The notes beneath the pieces were generated by a model. That model worked only from the letters and a program-made list of their open reading frames with translations. It searched no databases and was not told where the DNA came from. A DNA stretch of 64,000 bases from an uncultured Bacteroides sp. (GTDB taxonomy: Bacteria > Bacteroidota > Bacteroidia > Bacteroidales > Muribaculaceae), in contig CAYZPI010000008.1 in NCBI GenBank assembly GCA_964480085.1, positions 585 to 64,584 of the forward strand. The letters run 5' to 3'. Numbering within the stretch: position 1 is the stretch's first letter; each line of letters begins with the position of its first letter. Below are positions 37,335-45,902 of the stretch, in pieces. Both the position numbers and the translations under genes were made by a program.

Positions 37335-40300
37335 TTAGAACTTGATGCTTGCGCCAACCTGATATGTCACAGTGCTCGGACCATCGTTCTTTACAGCAGC
37401 ATCAGCCCACTCAGGATCGAAACCGAGATATTTTGTAAATACGAATGGATTCGTTACAGTGAAATAAACTCGTGCCTGCTTGCATCCGATGTGCTTGAGG
37501 ACATTCTTGCTGAATGTATATCCGAGAGTGATATTCTTTACCTTTACGAAAGAAGGATCAATAGTCTTCTTTGCCTCATCCCAGTTTGCAACAGGAGAAC
37601 TGATAGAACCGGCGCCACCTTCCAGGGTTGCATTGGGGAAGGGCCATGTGCCATAGTGAGTCTCTGTCTGGTAAACAGGATTAATATATGTACCATCGTC
37701 ATTTATACCATCGCAATTGACGAGAGTACCCTGTGGAATATAATAATCCACCATTACCTTCTCCCAGCCACGGTCAGTAGTCTTGAAGAGGTCACCTGCC
37801 ATGAAAGGTGAGTAGACGCGACCGCCTTGACGAGTATAAAGAGAGAATCCGAAATCGATTTCACCACCATTCTTGGGAAGACGGTAAGAGAGATTGGAGG
37901 TGAAAGAACCAATCCAGTCGGGATCAGCGCTCTGAATAGTGCGGTCATCTGCATCAATCACACCGTCACCATTGACATCGCGCATAATCACACGTCCTTC
38001 AGAAAGACCATACACTGCATTGTAGTAATCGCAAGAAAGGACTTTCTCGCCTGGTGTGAAACCATGATCGCGGGCTGCCTGATTGTCAGGAACAGTGATA
38101 GGAAGATTGGACACGATACCCTCCCATTCGTAGTTATATACATTATTCACGGGATAACCAACGAACAATGAATTGGTAGCACCGTCAATCACCTGATCGG
38201 AAACACCATTGATCTGAAGCACCTTGTTGTCGTTGTGAGAGAATGTGAACGATGTTGTCCAGTTCCAGTCCTTTGATTCGACGTTCACAGTGGTCAATGC
38301 GACTTCAATACCTCTGTTGCGTACCTGACCTATATTGGTGTTCATCTTTACGCCACCAGATTCGAGAGGAAGCTGGACCTTGTAGAGAAGGCCATGGGAT
38401 TTCTTGTTATACCAGTCAACAGAACCTGTGATACGGCTATTGAGGAAACCAAAATCAAGACCTACGTTGAACTCACGTGATTTCTCCCAGGTAAGGGAAG
38501 AGTCGACGATACCGTTGGCATAATAGCCCTGGTCGTATACATTACCCCAAGGATAGTAGACCGGGCCACCGATACCTACGATTGAACCGTAGTTGCTGAT
38601 ACCGCCGTTGTTACCTGTGACACCATAAGAAAGGCGGAGCTTGGCGTTGGACAGCCAGTTGAGTTTCTTGAGGAAGCTTTCCTCGCTCAAGCGCCATGCT
38701 ACAGCTACCGAGGGGAACGAAGCCCACTTGTTGCCTTCAGCAAGCTTCGAGCTACCGTCCCAACGAACAGTACCGGTAAGCATGTACTTACCCAAGTATG
38801 AATAGTTGAGGCGGAAGGCGTAAGAGATCATCGTTCCCTTGCTATAGGTTGACTTAGAAAATGGAGACTTCGTAGGATCAGAGTTTGTAGTACCAGAACC
38901 CATATTGTACCAATCGGAATTCTTGAGCACATTGTTTACAACCCATGTATAGTTTTCAGAATTACCACTCTCCATTGAGAATAGACCCATAGCATTAATC
39001 GAGTGATCCTTAGCAATGGTTGTCTGGTAGTTGATCATATTGTCCCATATCCAACTCATAGAAGTGGAGTTGACAGCCTCTGCAGTAGAAGAATCTAATT
39101 CGGCATCGCCATAAGTCAAACCGGGGCGGTTGGGATTTTCATAACCGGTGAACTGACCATCGCGGTAGCTATTGTAGCTGGGCGAGAAAGTGGTCTTAAC
39201 ATAAAGTCCCTTGATAAGGTCGAGCTGCAAATAAGCGTTACCGATCATACGATAAATCTTGCGCTGGTGAGAAGCGTTGCGCATCAGATCGAGGGGGCTG
39301 ACTGCATCGGAGAATTGGAAAGAAGTAGATGAGCCAAGTGTAGCTGAGTTGCCGGGGAAATGGTTGATCTCTCCTTCAGAGTTGTAAGGAATCATGAAGG
39401 GGTTCATGTACCACGCATGACTAATGGCATTATCATTAGCATATTCCTTTTCCTGATAAGCCATGTTGACATTGAAGCCGGCACTTACCACATTGTTGAT
39501 ACGGGTGTCGACAGAACCTTTAAAACTATATGTAGAAGAACTATCACCGTCGTAAAGACCTGTCTCGTCGTTGATACCAACACCGAAATGATAGGAGGTA
39601 TTCTTGGAAGAGCCGTTTACAGCAAGATAATGATTCTGCTGGTGGGCATCACGAAGTACCAGATTAGGCCAATCGTATGTCTCTCCATTGGCAAGCATTC
39701 GCTGAAGCACAGAAGCAGAGGACGGATCATTCTCATCCACTTTAAGTAGAGCCCAGTCAATACCACCAATGCCTCCTCGATTGTATCCGTAGATGGTCTG
39801 AGGTGTTACAAGCGGAGAGATACCGGAAAGCTCGTTGATAGACTGGAAACATTTCATCAAACGATAATGATAGAACTCCTCTCCATTCATAAGGTTGGGA
39901 AGGTGAGCGGCTTTAGCCACACCATAATATCCATCGTAAGAGATAGAAGGAGCTTGCTCACGCTCAATATTCATACCACCCTTTGTTGTGATAATCACAA
40001 CACCGCCGGTAGCGCGTGAACCGTAGATAGCTGTAGATGAAGCATCCTTAAGCACGTCGATACGCTCGATATCCTGCGGGTTGAGGAAATCAATATCAGT
40101 ACAGATCACACCATCAACCACATAGATAGGCTTGGTTTCACTGTTGATAGAGGCTTTACCACGAATCCGGACATCGATGCCACCATTGGCACGGCCTGTG
40201 GATTTGGTGATGTTCACACCGGGAGTTGTACCCTGAAGGTTCTCAAGAACCGAGGGTGCACCCTTGGCGTTAAGTTTTTCAGTACCCACGGTAGAAATCG

Positions 40301-40712
40301 AACCGGTAAGGTCGGACCTCTTCATGGTGCCGTAACCAACGACTACCACATCGTTGAGCACCTCAGCATCTTCGGTAAGTGTGATTGTGAGATTAGTCTG
40401 TCCGTTGATGCTAACGGTCTGGGGGTTGAATCCCACGTAAGACACCTGGAGAGAACCGTTGGCGTTGACATTCTGGAGCGTAAAGTTACCGTTGAGGTCG
40501 GTGTTGACACCAGCGGCTGAACCTACGACAAGTACAGTAGCACCCGGCAGGGGTTCACCTGTCGAATCCTGAACCGTACCAGAGACTGTGATGTTCTGTG
40601 CCGAGACCGATAGGCCGAGACAGAGCATCAGGATTGCAACCATGGCCTTGAACCGGGCGATGAACGCGAATTTCCGGCTGAGAGGCACACGATTTGTGAT
40701 CTGGTCTTTCAT
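37335..40712 (-). CDS. SusC/RagA TonB-dependent outer-membrane transporter
   Basis: VVVGYG, DIERIDVLKDASSTAIYGSRATGGVVIITTK, LTWEKS and C-terminal F. Confidence 0.95.
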   Translation of the reverse strand: MKDQITNRVPLSRKFAFIARFKAMVAILMLCLGLSVSAQNITVSGTVQDSTGEPLPGATVLVVGSAAGVNTDLNGNFTLQNVNANGSLQVSYVGFNPQTVSINGQTNLTITLTEDAEVLNDVVVVGYGTMKRSDLTGSISTVGTEKLNAKGAPSVLENLQGTTPGVNITKSTGRANGGIDVRIRGKASINSETKPIYVVDGVICTDIDFLNPQDIERIDVLKDASSTAIYGSRATGGVVIITTKGGMNIEREQAPSISYDGYYGVAKAAHLPNLMNGEEFYHYRLMKCFQSINELSGISPLVTPQTIYGYNRGGIGGIDWALLKVDENDPSSASVLQRMLANGETYDWPNLVLRDAHQQNHYLAVNGSSKNTSYHFGVGINDETGLYDGDSSSTYSFKGSVDTRINNVVSAGFNVNMAYQEKEYANDNAISHAWYMNPFMIPYNSEGEINHFPGNSATLGSSTSFQFSDAVSPLDLMRNASHQRKIYRMIGNAYLQLDLIKGLYVKTTFSPSYNSYRDGQFTGYENPNRPGLTYGDAELDSSTAEAVNSTSMSWIWDNMINYQTTIAKDHSINAMGLFSMESGNSENYTWVVNNVLKNSDWYNMGSGTTNSDPTKSPFSKSTYSKGTMISYAFRLNYSYLGKYMLTGTVRWDGSSKLAEGNKWASFPSVAVAWRLSEESFLKKLNWLSNAKLRLSYGVTGNNGGISNYGSIVGIGGPVYYPWGNVYDQGYYANGIVDSSLTWEKSREFNVGLDFGFLNSRITGSVDWYNKKSHGLLYKVQLPLESGGVKMNTNIGQVRNRGIEVALTTVNVESKDWNWTTSFTFSHNDNKVLQINGVSDQVIDGATNSLFVGYPVNNVYNYEWEGIVSNLPITVPDNQAARDHGFTPGEKVLSCDYYNAVYGLSEGRVIMRDVNGDGVIDADDRTIQSADPDWIGSFTSNLSYRLPKNGGEIDFGFSLYTRQGGRVYSPFMAGDLFKTTDRGWEKVMVDYYIPQGTLVNCDGINDDGTYINPVYQTETHYGTWPFPNATLEGGAGSISSPVANWDEAKKTIDPSFVKVKNITLGYTFSKNVLKHIGCKQARVYFTVTNPFVFTKYLGFDPEWADAAVKNDGPSTVTYQVGASIKF

Positions 40713-40897
40713 GTTTGGCTAAAAATGTTAATAATTGGTTAGTGAATAAATTTTTCTATTTCTAAGTATTTTATTTATTCAAAGGTAGGTGATTTGTCGT
40801 AGATTTGGTTGGTTCGAAAAGAGAGGTTTCTATAGAAAAAACTCATCACAGAATCATAGGCATAATATGCCCTAATCTTGCAGACGAATATTTCGTG

Positions 40898-40929
40898 CAA
40901 ATTTAGGCACTTTTTTCATTCTATGCAAG
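40898..40929 (-). promoter_or_regulatory. susC promoter, implying a leader of about 180 nt
   Basis: Minus strand CTTG-N20-TAAATTTG. Confidence 0.55.
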
Positions 40930-40976
40930 AAAAATAAGCATTAATGGGCATTTTTTAACATAAAAATCATACAAGC

Positions 40977-41001
40977 GGCTTGCGGCATGCCGCGACCCTA
41001 C
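40977..41001 (-). repeat. GTAG-type REP overlapping the lgt stop codon
   Basis: Minus strand GTAGGGTCGCGGCATGCCGCAAGCC; the TAG within GTAG is the lgt stop. Confidence 0.65.
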
Positions 41002-41852
41002 GATTTTTCCGGCTCCGGGGGAAATTTGTTTGGAAACTCGATGTGGACAGCCGGACGCACCATGGCACGGATGATGAAGAAGATACCCACAAGTATGAAA
41101 GGTATGCTGAGAAGCTGACCCATATTGAGCACCATATCCTGCTCGAAGGCCACCTGTGGATTCTTGACGAACTCTATCAGGAATCGTGCCGTGAAAAGCC
41201 ACGTGAGGAACACACCGAAGATGAGCCCCGGACGCGTCTCGGCATTCTTCTTCCAATACATCCACATGAGCACCACAAATAGCACGAGATAAGCAAGCGA
41301 TTCGTAGATCTGCGTCGGGTGACAAGCCACACCATAGTAAAGTTCGTTCCACTCCCTCGACCTAACGAACATGAATCCCCAGGGAAGGTCGGTGGCGTAG
41401 CCGAAAATCTCGCTGTTCATCAGGTTGCCTATGCGTATCATGGCTCCTACCAGAGCGATGGGAACCACAAGACGGTCGAATGTCCACAGCGGACTGCGCT
41501 TGGTGGTGATCCACGAGAACAGGAACACAGCTATGATAATGCCTATTGTGCCGCCATGGCTGGCAAGTCCCCCTTCCCAGAAAGCGATGATCTTGTCGGG
41601 ATGGGCTGAGTAATAGTCCCACTCGTAGAAGAACACATGCCCCAGGCGAGCGCCGATTATGGTGGCTCCTATGGTCCAGAGCAGCAGTATACCGAGCCAA
41701 CGCTCCGGAGCGCCCTCATGCTTGAACATGGCTGTTACGATATTGGTGCCAATCCAAAAACCAAGGGCGAACATCAGACCGTACCACCGCACATGCAGCG
41801 GACCAAGGTCGAAAAGCATTGGACTTACGTCCCAGACGATAGATGAAAGCAT
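40998..41852 (-). CDS. lgt: Prolipoprotein diacylglyceryl transferase
   Basis: VRWYGL, GARLGHV, GGLASHGG, RIGNLMNSE, HPTQIYE and MGQLLS; start at ATG 41852. Confidence 0.95.
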   Translation of the reverse strand: MLSSIVWDVSPMLFDLGPLHVRWYGLMFALGFWIGTNIVTAMFKHEGAPERWLGILLLWTIGATIIGARLGHVFFYEWDYYSAHPDKIIAFWEGGLASHGGTIGIIIAVFLFSWITTKRSPLWTFDRLVVPIALVGAMIRIGNLMNSEIFGYATDLPWGFMFVRSREWNELYYGVACHPTQIYESLAYLVLFVVLMWMYWKKNAETRPGLIFGVFLTWLFTARFLIEFVKNPQVAFEQDMVLNMGQLLSIPFILVGIFFIIRAMVRPAVHIEFPNKFPPEPEKS

Positions 41853-41910
41853 CCTGTGATAATTTTGAATGTTGAATTTAGAACGTTTTTGCAAAATTAC
41901 GAAAAAGATT

Positions 41911-43293
41911 TCATTTACCTGCAAAATATTCGCGTGTCGCTTTCCTCACTTTTTTGCTAAGGACAAGAAGGGCAATCATGGTGGGAATGGCCATGAGGGC
42001 ATAGAAAAGGTCGCACAGGCCTACGGCTGTCTCAAGCGGAATGACGGCAAATATCACCAGGGTGGCAATGAATGCCCACGTGTAATATCTTGCATGCTTC
42101 TCTCCGAAAAGATATGCTGCGCAACGTGTGCCGTAGAATGAATATGAGAACATCGACGACAGGGCAAAACATGCAACCACCACTATTAGGAGATATTCGC
42201 CATACGGTACACCGGAAGAAAACGCTCCCATCGCCACATGCAACCCCTTTACACCCTCGATGTGGATATCGCCGCAAAGCAGGATTGCAAATGCCGTGAG
42301 GGTGCAGACCAGCCCCGAGTCGATACTCGGACCGAGCATAGCCACGAGTCCCTCGCGCACAGGCTCATTATTCTTCGACGCGCCATGCATTATCGATGCG
42401 GTGCCTATACCGGCATCGTTGACCAGCGCAGCACGACGCGCGCCTATGATGGCGATACCCGCGAAGGCGCCGAATCCGGCCCGCAGGTTGAAAGCCTCCA
42501 TGAATATGCTTTTCACCACAGCGGGCACCTGAGTGATATGAGTGATGATTATGTAGAACACCATCAAGAAATACAATCCCACCATCACCGGCACAAGCAC
42601 CGACGCAACCTTGGCAATACGGGTGATGCCCCTGAGCACCACAAGCGATACAATAAGGGCTATGGTGATGCCGATTATCAGGCGGAGGGTCTGGTCGTTG
42701 GAAAGACCGATGGCCCCGCCCATTCCGGCAAGGACGGTACTGGCGGAGACACCCTCCGGAGTGGTGAACACGCTCATGAAGGCCTCGGTGAGCTGGTTGG
42801 CATTCATTATACAGAGGGTGCCGAACATTCCGGCGATGGCAAAGAAAATGGCGAGCGGACGCCAACGTCGGCCAAGACCATTCTCGATTATGTACATAGG
42901 GCCTCCCTGCGGGCTACCGTCGCTTCCCCTACCCTTGTACATGATGGCGAGGACTCCTTCGTGGAATTTTGTGGACATGCCCACCAGGGCACTCACCCAC
43001 ATCCAGAAGATGGCTCCCGGGCCGCCCATCACCAATGCTATCGCCACACCGGCGATATTACCCATTCCCACCGTGGCTGCCACCACCGATGCGAGGGCCT
43101 GTACGGAAGAGATCTGACCGTTGCGGGCGTCGCTTTTCTGGCGCAGTGCCTTCACTGCATACGGAAGCCTGCGCAGAGACACGAAGCCTGAGCGCACGAA
43201 CATATAAAGTCCTCCTCCGATGAGCAGGAAGAAAAGCGGGTAGCCGCCGAGGAAATCGGCGCAGGTGATTATGAAATTACTGATTGCATCCAT
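41911..43293 (-). CDS. Alanine/glycine:cation symporter (AGCS) family
   Basis: ATVGMGNIAGVA, GGPGAIFWMW and GGPMY motifs; start at ATG 43293. Confidence 0.92.
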   Translation of the reverse strand: MDAISNFIITCADFLGGYPLFFLLIGGGLYMFVRSGFVSLRRLPYAVKALRQKSDARNGQISSVQALASVVAATVGMGNIAGVAIALVMGGPGAIFWMWVSALVGMSTKFHEGVLAIMYKGRGSDGSPQGGPMYIIENGLGRRWRPLAIFFAIAGMFGTLCIMNANQLTEAFMSVFTTPEGVSASTVLAGMGGAIGLSNDQTLRLIIGITIALIVSLVVLRGITRIAKVASVLVPVMVGLYFLMVFYIIITHITQVPAVVKSIFMEAFNLRAGFGAFAGIAIIGARRAALVNDAGIGTASIMHGASKNNEPVREGLVAMLGPSIDSGLVCTLTAFAILLCGDIHIEGVKGLHVAMGAFSSGVPYGEYLLIVVVACFALSSMFSYSFYGTRCAAYLFGEKHARYYTWAFIATLVIFAVIPLETAVGLCDLFYALMAIPTMIALLVLSKKVRKATREYFAGK

Positions 43294-43300
43294 AAGTCTC

Positions 43301-43386
43301 AATGAAAAATGAAAAAATGAAAAAATTTGCCATGCGGATGGCACCTCGATTATTCATTTTTCATTTTTAATTTTTCATTTTTAATT
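43301..43386. repeat. Inverted AATGAAA heptamer arrays around a central hairpin
   Basis: (AATGAAA)n - TGCCAT-GCGG-ATGGCA - (TTTCATT/TTTAATT)n. Confidence 0.65.
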
Positions 43387-43388
43387 AG

Positions 43389-43979
43389 TTAACGTGCGAG
43401 CACCATGTCGGCTTGCTTGGCGCGACGGCGCATATTCAGGATAGCGTAGCGCATGCGGCCCAGGGCAGTGTTGATGCTCACGCCGGAGCGTTCGGCTATC
43501 TCCTTGAACGACATATTCTGATAGTAGCGCATCTCGACCACCTTGCGCTGGTCGTCGGGAAGAGTGCTGACAAGGCTCTGCACATCGTCCATGATCTGGC
43601 AATCGATTATGGCATCCTCGATGGTGCCTTCGCTGAGATCGCGGCGGTTAAGCACATTGACATCCTCATTGTCGGTCGATACGGTGGGGACATTCTTCTC
43701 CTGACGGAAAAAGTCGATAATCAGATTGTGGGCTATGCGTGTGAGCCAGGCCTGGAATTTACCGTCGCCGGTGTAGCGTCCCTGACGTATATTCATGATA
43801 GCCTTAACAAAAGTCTCCTGAAAGATATCGTTGGTCATATCCATATCCTTAATGAGACGCTGGATATAACTGAAGATATATGATTGATGACGATTGAGGA
43901 GCGCGTCGAAAGCCTCGTTGTTACCATCAGCATAAGCTGCGACCAACTGGTCGTCGGTAAGCTTTTTTAGATTCAACAT
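43389..43979 (-). CDS. ECF-type RNA polymerase sigma-70 factor
   Basis: DIFQETFVK, WLTRIAHNLIIDFFR and SFKEIAE..GVSINTALGRMRYA. Confidence 0.93.
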   Translation of the reverse strand: MLNLKKLTDDQLVAAYADGNNEAFDALLNRHQSYIFSYIQRLIKDMDMTNDIFQETFVKAIMNIRQGRYTGDGKFQAWLTRIAHNLIIDFFRQEKNVPTVSTDNEDVNVLNRRDLSEGTIEDAIIDCQIMDDVQSLVSTLPDDQRKVVEMRYYQNMSFKEIAERSGVSINTALGRMRYAILNMRRRAKQADMVLAR

Positions 43980-44224
43980 TCTATTCTTGTTTTAAAATTT
44001 AGAGTAGAGATGTGCGATAGGCTAATGTTGTTTTAGAGGTTATGTATAAAAAAATAAGTAAAAAAAGGATTGAATTGGTCCTATTGGGATTACAAAATTA
44101 CGCATAATATCGGAAATACACAACATATATTGTGTGCAACGCCGCTGATTTAATCAATTTTAACCTATATAACATACAACGCGTAACTACTCAGCTATCT
44201 ATAGGCTACATAAAGTGCTGATTT

Positions 44225-44314
44225 GTAGGGACGCGGCCTGCCGTGTCCACTTAGCACCACCATAAAATACGCTCCTTCCGTCTGTCAGGCGGACGCGCCA
44301 TGGCACTTCCCTAC
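44225..44314. repeat. Inverted pair of 24-nt GTAG-type REPs (REPIN-like)
   Basis: GTAGGGACGCGGCCTGCCGTGTCC (44225-44248) and, on the minus strand, GTAGGGAAGTGCCATGGCGCGTCC (44291-44314). Confidence 0.75.
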
Positions 44315-44447
44315 ATTTATCATCAATATATCGTAAAGAATTAATTATATGTATATTACATAATGTTTGTCAGCTGAATCGTTTACAGTTAGCAATAACA
44401 AATGAGGGATTTCGTTTGTTATTTATAGAAACAAACATGTAGAAAAG

Positions 44448-45263
44448 ATGAAGATATCGGAAGCTAAATTCGTAACAAGCAGTGCGTCGGTGGATAAGGC
44501 GCCAGATACACATTTACATGAATATGCCTTCATCGGAAGGTCGAATGTGGGAAAATCATCGTTGATCAACATGCTCACCGACCGCAAAGGTCTGGCAATG
44601 ACATCAGCCAAACCTGGCAAGACGATGCTGATCAATCATTTTTTGGTGAACAATTCATGGTACATCGTCGACCTTCCGGGCTATGGATATGCCCAGCGCA
44701 GCAAGAAAGATCTTGAGAAAATAGACAAGATGATACGCGGGTACATACTCTACCGTCCACAGATGACCAACCTATTCGTGCTGATCGATTCACGGCACAA
44801 GCCTCAGAAAATCGACCTTGAATTCATGGCGTGGCTTGCCGAGAACGAGGTACCTTTCAGCATTGTTTTCACCAAACTCGACAAGATGTCCAAAACCGAA
44901 GGCAGCCGCAATGTGGCAGCCTACTGTGAGAAGCTTCTCGAACAATGGGAGGAATTGCCACCGATATTCATGACATCGTCGGAAGACAAACGCGGACGTG
45001 AGGAACTGCTCGACTATATCGAAACCCTCAACAAATTACCTATCGACGACGAAAGTGAACATTTGGATGAAACAGTTGTTGAAATAGAAAAGGACAATAT
45101 TAAACCTGAAGATATGGAAACCACAAAAAAGACTCCCAAAGAAATCAAAGCCGAGGAAAACCTTCCCGGCGCAGCAGTTGATGCAGCCGTTGACGACCGC
45201 ACGACAGCCAAAGAAATAAAAGACGACATAGAGGAACTCAACAATCTTCCCAATGTGGATTAG
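44448..45263 (+). CDS. engB: Ribosome biogenesis GTPase EngB/YihA/YsxC with long acidic C-terminal tail
   Basis: [20 protein letters not shown] and TKLDK motifs. Confidence 0.93.
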   Translation: MKISEAKFVTSSASVDKAPDTHLHEYAFIGRSNVGKSSLINMLTDRKGLAMTSAKPGKTMLINHFLVNNSWYIVDLPGYGYAQRSKKDLEKIDKMIRGYILYRPQMTNLFVLIDSRHKPQKIDLEFMAWLAENEVPFSIVFTKLDKMSKTEGSRNVAAYCEKLLEQWEELPPIFMTSSEDKRGREELLDYIETLNKLPIDDESEHLDETVVEIEKDNIKPEDMETTKKTPKEIKAEENLPGAAVDAAVDDRTTAKEIKDDIEELNNLPNVD

Positions 45264-45332
45264 GCATCATGTCGTATGTGCATCAGGCATAGCCAGCCTG
45301 TAGATATTAGTTAGTAATTTTTTTCATCAATC

Positions 45333-45373
45333 AGTCCGGTAGCTTTGCAGTTGCCGGATTTTTAGTTTTTTTT
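45333..45373 (+). terminator. Intrinsic terminator after engB
   Basis: AGTCCGGTAGC...GTTGCCGGATT followed by T tracts. Confidence 0.75.
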
Positions 45374-45448
45374 CAGAAAAGTTGACTTAACGAACAAAAA
45401 CTGCATAAGATTGTTGATATTTTATAAAAACATTTAAAACACACAGAC

Positions 45449-45874
45449 ATGAAACGAATATTCTCACTCTTACTGGGCATTATGGCCCTTGCATTGGGAG
45501 CTTGCTCCAGCAATGACGAGGTGTACAATGACATACCTCAAGATATCACCAAATTCATGGCACAGTATTATCCAAATACCAAGGTGGAGAGCTTCACTGA
45601 GACTGACGCAAGCTACCGTGTGGTGCTTGACGACGGTCCGACGATGGTATTCGACAAAACGTGCCAATGGGAAAGTCTCGATGGCAACGGAAGTGTGTTG
45701 GTGCAGAATTTCCTTTTCAACGAGTTGCCTCCGGAGCTGTACGAATACCTGCAGAGCACCGATGCCCTCAACCAAGTGTTCTCAGCGTCGCGCAATTCTA
45801 AGATTTATACAGTGACGCTCCTGAATCAGACCCTCACCTACGATATAGCCACCGGGGAAATCACCGGTAAGTAA
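45449..45874 (+). CDS. PepSY-like / BLIP-like (DUF2874-type) lipoprotein
   Basis: Lipobox LGAC; two repeats (IPQDITKFMAQYYP..VVLDDG..FD and LPPELYEYL..VTL..YD). Confidence 0.7.
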   Translation: MKRIFSLLLGIMALALGACSSNDEVYNDIPQDITKFMAQYYPNTKVESFTETDASYRVVLDDGPTMVFDKTCQWESLDGNGSVLVQNFLFNELPPELYEYLQSTDALNQVFSASRNSKIYTVTLLNQTLTYDIATGEITGK

Positions 45875-45894
45875 TAGTGAACAGTGAATAAGTG
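45871..45894 (+). repeat. Heptamer-repeat element overlapping the lipoprotein stop codon
   Basis: GTAATAGTGAACAGTGAATAAG is the exact reverse complement of 8542-8563. Confidence 0.7.
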
Positions 45895-45902
45895 GAACTG
45901 TG

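Noticed and set aside
40713-40997. Invertible (phase-variable) promoter upstream of susC
   Set aside because: I could not find inverted repeats flanking the promoter, and there is no recombinase in the window.
42238-43191. 317-aa plus-strand ORF (likewise 53112-54101, 47435-48178, 46386-47120, 33864-34580)
   Set aside because: These are antisense shadows of well-supported genes, with no motifs.
43980-44447. ncRNA or riboswitch in the sigma-engB intergenic region
   Set aside because: No recognisable aptamer or tRNA structure beyond the promoter boxes and the REP pair.
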